Shown here: positions 58,332 to 64,000 of the stretch, piece by piece | Numbering within the stretch: position 1 is the stretch's first letter | Layout of the letters: the number at the start of each line of letters is the position of its first letter | The notes under the pieces: generated by a model | Seen by the model: only the letters and a program-made list of their open reading frames with translations | Told to the model about the DNA's origin: nothing | The model's database searches: none | Assembly: GCA_040218735.1 (NCBI GenBank) | Contig: JAVJQW010000015.1 | Coordinates: 64,001 to 128,000 of the forward strand | DNA length: 64,000 bases | Direction: 5' to 3' | Origin: Deltaproteobacteria bacterium | Lineage (GTDB): Bacteria; Myxococcota; Kuafuiibacteriia; Kuafuiibacteriales; Kuafuiibacteriaceae | Program-made: the position numbers and the translations under genes

Positions 58332-58404
58332 AGCGGGACACGGGACTCGAACCCGCGACTTCGACCTTGGGAAGGTCGCACTCTACCAACTGAGTTAGTC
58401 CCGC
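58332..58404 (-). tRNA. tRNA-Gly (anticodon CCC), CCA not encoded
   Basis: GCGGGACTAACTCAGTTGGTAGAGTGCGACCTTCCCAAGGTCGAAGTCGCGGGTTCGAGTCCCGTGTCCCGCT folds as a cloverleaf. Confidence 0.95.
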
Positions 58405-58444
58405 TTAGGACGAATCCGGCAGGTAGCACCGCCGCCCAGCGCAG

Positions 58445-58969
58445 TCAATCGCCGAGCGCCAGGGGCGCGCCGCAGGCGTCGCAGGGGACCGTGGCGAGGT
58501 CTGGGCGGTAGTCCGAGCGGTAGTACGTCGCGCCGCAGCCGTCGCAGTGGCGGGGCGGGTCGTCGGCGGCCTCCGACTTGCGGACCTTCAGGACGTACGT
58601 CCCGGCCCACCGGTCGCCCCAGCGCTGCTGCGGGGTCTCGCGCTCGTGTTTCATGATCATGCCGGGGAGGGCGATCGCGTCGACGGCCACCAAGAGCGTG
58701 CGCTTCGCCGCGCGGAGGAGGCCCGGGCGACCGCCCGTCTCCGCGACGACGCGCAAACCGAACATCGACTTGAAGACCGTCGTGCCGATCGCGCTGCCCA
58801 CGAACGAATGGACCAGCTCCGCCGCGAGCAAGCCCTCCTCGAACCACGCCTCGGACACCAAGAACCCCGTGACCGCCGCGACCAAGAAGCCGTCCAAGAA
58901 CGCCGCGATCGCGCGGAGCTGAAGCACACTCGGCGGCTGCCCGCGCGCCAGCTTCTCGACGTCGCTCAC
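58445..58969 (-). CDS. RDD family membrane protein with C-terminal zinc ribbon
   Basis: RAIAAFLD, GTTVFKSMFGLRVV and QRWGDRWAGTYV motifs; CDGC...CDAC. Confidence 0.75.
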   Translation of the reverse strand: MSDVEKLARGQPPSVLQLRAIAAFLDGFLVAAVTGFLVSEAWFEEGLLAAELVHSFVGSAIGTTVFKSMFGLRVVAETGGRPGLLRAAKRTLLVAVDAIALPGMIMKHERETPQQRWGDRWAGTYVLKVRKSEAADDPPRHCDGCGATYYRSDYRPDLATVPCDACGAPLALGD

Positions 58970-59001
58970 CACCGCATCACACGACCCGCGCCCGCGCCCC
59001 G

Positions 59002-59655
59002 TCAATCCAAAGCCAGGTGCACGTGATCCCAATGGCCCCCAATCGGCCCGATCTGCACCCCGTTCTTCACCCCACCCAACGGGTCGTAGAACAACTCGCG
59101 CGGACTCCGGCTCGCATACCGCCGATAAAACGCCGCCATCTTCGCCGGGTCACCCGCCACGTCGATCGCATGCCCGCGCCCGTCCGCGTGGTTGTGGCGA
59201 TAGTGAAACGACGTCGATGAATGCGTGCCGCCCGTCGTCGAAGTCACCGTCAAACCCATCCGCACCGCGTCCACCGCCGCACGCTGCAACGAAGGCGCGA
59301 GCTGATGGTAACTCGGGACCTGACGAATCTCCGCCGCCGTCGCCGCGCCCGCGTCGCGCTGACCCCACTTCGCCACCGCACGCTGCTCACGCCACGCACC
59401 CGACGGACCACCGCGCGCCTCACGCGCCTGCGACGGCGCCGCCTGCGCGAGACGCATACTCAACGCCTGCATCGCCTGAAGCTGCTGCATCCACTGCGCG
59501 ATCACCATCGCCGCCGCCACGAACCCCGCGAGCTGCTGCTGCGGATCCGCGCGCGGCACGATCCCCAGGTCCTGCAACACACGTTGCGCGGGGGGCTGCG
59601 ATGAACGGTAGGGCGAGAGCGCGTACGGCGTACGCGCCGAAATCGGGTTCCACAT
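59002..59655 (-). CDS. Putative LAS/M15-like Zn peptidoglycan peptidase with Q/A-rich N-terminus
   Basis: STTGGTH...SFHY...GHAIDV...GHWDHVH. Confidence 0.6.
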   Translation of the reverse strand: MWNPISARTPYALSPYRSSQPPAQRVLQDLGIVPRADPQQQLAGFVAAAMVIAQWMQQLQAMQALSMRLAQAAPSQAREARGGPSGAWREQRAVAKWGQRDAGAATAAEIRQVPSYHQLAPSLQRAAVDAVRMGLTVTSTTGGTHSSTSFHYRHNHADGRGHAIDVAGDPAKMAAFYRRYASRSPRELFYDPLGGVKNGVQIGPIGGHWDHVHLALD

Positions 59656-59797
59656 CCTGTGTCTCCTCCCGGCGCACGAATCCACGCGCCGGTGCTCAGG
59701 ACGTCGACCTATGAATTACAGATCGACGCCGCGTCCGAAGACAGCGTTCCAACGTCGACCCACGACTGCCAATGATTAACTCCAGGGTTAAGGGGCC

Positions 59798-60472
59798 CTA
59801 AGGTTCGAGACCGAGCATCCGATCGATCGCCTTCGGCCCACCGCGCGCCTTCGCTTCGAGCAACCACGCACGACCCTTCGCGCGATCCGATTCATCCCCG
59901 CCCAGCAACACCGACCCACCGAAGAAGTACGGCTGCCAACCCTCGAAGCCCTTGTCGATCGCACGCTGCGCCGACTGCACCGTGATGCCCTCCAGATCCA
60001 AGTGCCACCCGACGTACGCCAGCCCCACACACAAATCGTCGCGCTGACACGGGCGCTTCGCGAAGTAACCCAAGTGCTCCGCGAGATCCTTCTCCTGCGC
60101 CTCGCTCCGCGACTTCGTTCGCGCCAGCGCCATGAGCAAGCTGACTTGCGCCGACTCCGTCACTCGAATCGCCAGCGCCGCCCGCGCGCTCTTTTCCGCC
60201 TGCGCGAAGTCGTCCTTCCCGAAACACGCCGCGCTCGTCTTCAGGTGGTACGCCTCGACGTCTCGCCCGCACGCCGCCAACGACACCAACGCCTCGCACC
60301 GCTCCGCCGGTGGCTGCGACGTCCCCGTCTGCCGAATCTTCTCCGCCTGCTTCGGACACCGCGCCAGGAGCGCTTTCTCCATCGCGACCTGGTCCACCTC
60401 GCGCCGCTGCTCGTAACCCTTCGCCCACGCCGGCGTCGCCACCAACATCGACAGAACCCAAACCCACTTCAT
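59798..60472 (-). CDS. Secreted TPR-like Cys-containing protein
   Basis: Signal peptide ATPAWA; helical repeats. Confidence 0.65.
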   Translation of the reverse strand: MKWVWVLSMLVATPAWAKGYEQRREVDQVAMEKALLARCPKQAEKIRQTGTSQPPAERCEALVSLAACGRDVEAYHLKTSAACFGKDDFAQAEKSARAALAIRVTESAQVSLLMALARTKSRSEAQEKDLAEHLGYFAKRPCQRDDLCVGLAYVGWHLDLEGITVQSAQRAIDKGFEGWQPYFFGGSVLLGGDESDRAKGRAWLLEAKARGGPKAIDRMLGLEP

Positions 60473-61746
60473 GCCTGCGGCCCCCGCGCCAACAACTCTT
60501 CGAGGAGCTGCTGCGCCTGCGCGTGGTGAGGGTCGAGTTTCAACGCCGACTCCAACTCCTCCATCGCCCCCGCACGATCTCCCTGGTTGTTCTTACACGC
60601 CGCGAGATACACGCGCACCTGCGCCTGGTCCGGCGCCACCTTCACCGCGCGCTCCAGTAACTCACGTGCCGCGACGTACTCATCCTCTCGCATCCGGTGC
60701 AGCCCGAGGTTCGCGAGCGCCGGCCCGCACTCCGGGTCGGCCGTCAACGCCGCCTCCAGATCCGACGCCCCCTCCGCCAACGCACCGAGCTGCATCTTCG
60801 CGACGCCCCGGTTCGCCAGGATCACCGCGTGCCCCGGCGCGATCCGATCCATCCGCTCCAACACCGCGAGCTGCGCCGTCCACAGCTCGAGCTCGCCGAG
60901 CGTCACTCGCGCCTCCTCCAGCTCGTTCAGGTCGTGGCAGTCGAGCGCGAGCAACGCCTCCACCGCCTCGTCGCGCTCGTCGTTCCACTGCCCGACGTGA
61001 TTCACCCGAATCACCATCGCCAACGGCTTCACCTTGCCGGGACGCAGCTTCGACCACAGCTCCGCGCGGTCCCGCGCGAGTTGAAAGCTACCTTGCGCAC
61101 CGAGCTCGAGGATCTCCTGCTCGATGCGGTAGTCCGACAGCAGCTGCACCTTGTCACTCGCGTCCTCGACCGCCGCCTCGGGCGCCAACTCACCGAGCCG
61201 CGACACCGGATCCGCGTCACGCCACGCCGCGTACAGCTCTGTCGGTTTCCAGCCCTCCGCGTGCAGCGGGTTATCCTCCGTCTCGGGCACCACGTACGCG
61301 TCCGCGAACGCCGCCACCATCCGGAACACCGCGCGCGCGCAGCCGCGCTCGTCCTCGAAGCCCGACATCTGCTCGTCGAGCCACGGCGCGAACCGCGGCG
61401 ACTCCTCGAACTTCGCAGCGTCGTCGAACGCCGACACCGGCAAGAGCGACGCGCGGTCGGCGTGGTCGAGGAGTCCGCGCGTCCACAGATCGATCCGATG
61501 CATGCGCTCGATCAACACTCGCTCCGGATCCGGCACGCCGAGCTGCAGCGCGTACCGCGTCGCGACCGTCGCGAGCGGATCCTCCGTCGCATCCAACACG
61601 ATGCGGGCGAGGAGCGCCCACGCGAGCGCCTCCGTTTCGTCGAGCTCGACCGAGAGCAGCGCGAGCCAGGCGGCGTCGCGGGTCTGACCGAGCTCGAGCT
61701 GGGCGCGGGCGTGGCGCGCGGCGCGGCGGGGGAGGCCGTCGGACAT
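60469..61746 (-). CDS. Tetratricopeptide repeat protein
   Basis: C-terminal TPRs (ILANRGVA, ALANLGL, ALKLDPHHAQA). Confidence 0.75.
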   Translation of the reverse strand: MSDGLPRRAARHARAQLELGQTRDAAWLALLSVELDETEALAWALLARIVLDATEDPLATVATRYALQLGVPDPERVLIERMHRIDLWTRGLLDHADRASLLPVSAFDDAAKFEESPRFAPWLDEQMSGFEDERGCARAVFRMVAAFADAYVVPETEDNPLHAEGWKPTELYAAWRDADPVSRLGELAPEAAVEDASDKVQLLSDYRIEQEILELGAQGSFQLARDRAELWSKLRPGKVKPLAMVIRVNHVGQWNDERDEAVEALLALDCHDLNELEEARVTLGELELWTAQLAVLERMDRIAPGHAVILANRGVAKMQLGALAEGASDLEAALTADPECGPALANLGLHRMREDEYVAARELLERAVKVAPDQAQVRVYLAACKNNQGDRAGAMEELESALKLDPHHAQAQQLLEELLARGPQA

Positions 61747-61826
61747 CGTCCGAGCATGCCACGCCTTCGTCCGGCCACCTCGGACGAATCACGGACGAAT
61801 CACGGCGTCCGGGTGCGCGATCGGGC

Positions 61827-61842
61827 TGGCATCCCGTGTGCT
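61827..61842 (+). promoter_or_regulatory. Putative sigma-54 promoter
   Basis: TGGCATCCCGTGTGCT, GG-N10-GC, about 23 nt before the ATG at 61865. Confidence 0.45.
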
Positions 61843-61864
61843 TTGGACCGCTGGCGTGGACGCG

Positions 61865-62197
61865 ATGAAGACGCCCGGTTCGAGCCTCCCCCTGGCGGTG
61901 GGAGGGCTCGTGCTCGCTCACCTGGATCGACGCGACCTGATGGCCCTGGCTTCGCTCAAGCTCTGGTCAGAGGTCGGTGTGCCGCACGACGAGAGCCTCG
62001 CCCTGTTGCGTGGATGTGATGAGGATTGGATGAGGACCTTTCTCGACAGTCGGCCCCAGGCGATCGGCGGGGCGCCGCTCGACGTCCGCCTCCTCGAGCG
62101 CGCACGCGCGCGGTTTGCCCGTCGGCAACGCCGCGCGCGTGTGCGCCTCGGGTTGGACCTCGACGAGACCCGCACCAACCTCACCTCCGCCGCTTGA
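61865..62197 (+). CDS. Hypothetical protein
   Basis: 110-aa ORF downstream of the sigma-54-like site. Confidence 0.5.
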   Translation: MKTPGSSLPLAVGGLVLAHLDRRDLMALASLKLWSEVGVPHDESLALLRGCDEDWMRTFLDSRPQAIGGAPLDVRLLERARARFARRQRRARVRLGLDLDETRTNLTSAA

Positions 62198-62255
62198 CCG
62201 CCGACACAACCAAGCACCGCTTGAGGCATCCCCCCAACCGTTCTAAGGCTCCCGC

Positions 62256-63500
62256 GTGCTCGCTGCTGCCCTGCTGCTGGCGCTCGCCCAGCCCGACGCG
62301 CGCCCCGTGGTCGCCGTCTTCCCCATCCAAGACTCGAGCGGCCGCCTCCAGGCCGACGCGACGACGCAGCTCACCGACTACCTCGGCGTGAAGATCGCCG
62401 AGAGCGGTGGCTACATCGTCGTGCCGCGCAAGGATATCGAGGCCGCGCTCGCGGCGGCCAAGGCCGAGTCGTACCAGGCGTGTTACGACCAGGCCTGCCA
62501 GATCGAGATCGGCAAGGAGCTCGCCGCGCAGAAGATCGTGCACACGCAGATCGTCCAGGTCGGCGACCAGTGCGCCGTCACCGCCACCCTGTACGACCTC
62601 CGCATCGCCGCGACCGATCGCGCCACGTCGGAGAAGGGCGGGTGCGGCGACAACGAGCTCGTCGCTTCGATCGAGGCGGTCGCGCGAAAACTCGCGCCTT
62701 CCTCCGAACCGCCGCCGCCGGATCCGAACGCTCCGAAGTTCGGCGTGAAGCTGACGAGTGAACCCTCCGGCGCCGAAGTCATCCTCGACGGGCGCTTCGT
62801 GGGTAAGACACCCGCACGTCTCAGCGTCGACGCCGGCCGACCGCACCGCCTCACGCTCCAGTACGACGGCTACGTGGAGCACACCGAAGAGGTGACGCTC
62901 GAGAAGGACGAGCAGCGCCACGTCGACCTGCGCCTCACCCGTTCGTCGCGTGTGAACCGCGACGAGTGGTTCGGTTTGTCACTCGCCGCCGCGGTCACGT
63001 TCGGAGGCGCCGCGGGCGCCGGGTTCTGGGCGCGCATCGCCAACCTGCACTTCGGTGACTTCGCGTGGACGGTAGTCGAAGCCTACCTCGGCGTCTTCTC
63101 CGGGCCTGACTACGATCTGGGGTGCCCACTCTCGGAGCTCGGTCCGCGTGGGTTCTGCGAAGGGAGCAGCGAACACTTCGGCGTGTTCCTCGGGACTCGA
63201 CCGGGCTGGACGTTCTCACTCGAAGACTCCGGCGAGCACGCGCTGGAGGTGAGCGTCGGCGGCGGGCTCTACGCGATCACGAGCGGCAACGACGAGTCGT
63301 CCGCGTTCGCGGTGACTCCGTCCGTTCGCTACCTGCGGCGCGGCGACGGCGCCTTCGTGTACGGCGGTGGCCTGCGCTTGATTCTCCCCGTCGTCACGCC
63401 CGACTGTGACCCGAGCGGGAGTATCGACCGCTACGTCGGGTGCCGGCACGGCAACCCCGTCACCCTGCAGCTGGAGGTTCCGTTGGGATGGTACCTGTGA
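62256..63500 (+). CDS. PEGA-domain protein with C-terminal beta-barrel-like region
   Basis: Signal peptide; CYDQACQIEIG; SEPSGAEVILDGRFVGKTP. Confidence 0.8.
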   Translation: MLAAALLLALAQPDARPVVAVFPIQDSSGRLQADATTQLTDYLGVKIAESGGYIVVPRKDIEAALAAAKAESYQACYDQACQIEIGKELAAQKIVHTQIVQVGDQCAVTATLYDLRIAATDRATSEKGGCGDNELVASIEAVARKLAPSSEPPPPDPNAPKFGVKLTSEPSGAEVILDGRFVGKTPARLSVDAGRPHRLTLQYDGYVEHTEEVTLEKDEQRHVDLRLTRSSRVNRDEWFGLSLAAAVTFGGAAGAGFWARIANLHFGDFAWTVVEAYLGVFSGPDYDLGCPLSELGPRGFCEGSSEHFGVFLGTRPGWTFSLEDSGEHALEVSVGGGLYAITSGNDESSAFAVTPSVRYLRRGDGAFVYGGGLRLILPVVTPDCDPSGSIDRYVGCRHGNPVTLQLEVPLGWYL

Positions 63501-63985
63501 AGCACTCCCTCAGCCTGGCTCTGCTGTGCGTCGCCTGCGGCGGCCCCGAGTTCGACGCGCTGACCCGCGCCGACACCAACGACGCGATCGTCTTCACCTG
63601 TCCCTCCGGGGAGGTCGTGTCGTTCCCGATCGTGCGGGAGACCGGGATGCCGCAGACCATCCCCGACCTCGCCGAATCCGAGGGGTGCCTCGGCGTGGGC
63701 GCCATGTGTCCGGACGGCACGCCCTCACCGGGCGACGCGATGTGCGACGACGCGAACGTGAATCGCTTCCGCGGCACCTGCGTGGAGAGCTTCTTCTCCT
63801 GTTATCAGCCGTCCGGGACTTGCACGGACGTCGACACCAACGGCTCGCAGTCTTGGTCGAGCGGCGACCGCTTCGCGCTCGACATCGGCGGTCAGTTCAT
63901 CCCGGCGGGTGCTGATACTTCGTGCATCCTCGTCGAATATGACTTCGGCAACGGTGAGTCGCGCATCTACCTTCGTGAGCGATGA
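63497..63985 (+). CDS. Cys-rich lipoprotein
   Basis: GTG start overlapping the upstream stop; lipobox LCVAC; multiple Cys. Confidence 0.6.
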   Translation: MKHSLSLALLCVACGGPEFDALTRADTNDAIVFTCPSGEVVSFPIVRETGMPQTIPDLAESEGCLGVGAMCPDGTPSPGDAMCDDANVNRFRGTCVESFFSCYQPSGTCTDVDTNGSQSWSSGDRFALDIGGQFIPAGADTSCILVEYDFGNGESRIYLRER

Positions 63986-64000
63986 GTGAAATGAAGCTCC

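Noticed and set aside
42418-58404. Genomic island integrated at tRNA-Gly carrying the RiPP cluster
   Set aside because: No integrase or transposase seen and no distal att copy noticed by eye; only the local 17-bp duplication.

Overview
High-GC bacterial DNA with densely packed genes. The many lipoproteins and the PEGA, TPR and AgmX-type domains suggest Myxococcota (inference). About 60 CDS, one tRNA-Gly(CCC) and a tRNA-adjacent tandem repeat can be supported. The most notable feature is a candidate new RiPP cluster at ~42.4-52.9 kb. It has a double-glycine-leader precursor (core ~GRRKPKVVTDPHKWPT), a C39 peptidase-ABC exporter with an HlyD-like partner, two JmjC dioxygenases with winged-helix/RRE-like tails, a cupin, a methyltransferase, a DxDD class-II-terpene-cyclase-like enzyme and a possible ABBA-like prenyltransferase. 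No lanthipeptide, YcaO or rSAM maturase is present in it. Other highlights are a Cyc2-like cytochrome-porin/cupredoxin/MauG-family operon with a CheW-less CheA-like kinase (20.1-27.6 kb), a FabH-like enzyme with an altered catalytic triad in a lipid-uptake operon (6.9-13.7 kb), a bacterial ACTMAP-like cysteine protease (33.6 kb), a GNAT-nitrilase fusion lacking the catalytic Cys, and a relic LysR/XylT-ferredoxin pair. All calls come from motif recognition by eye; no searches were run and start codons are best guesses.
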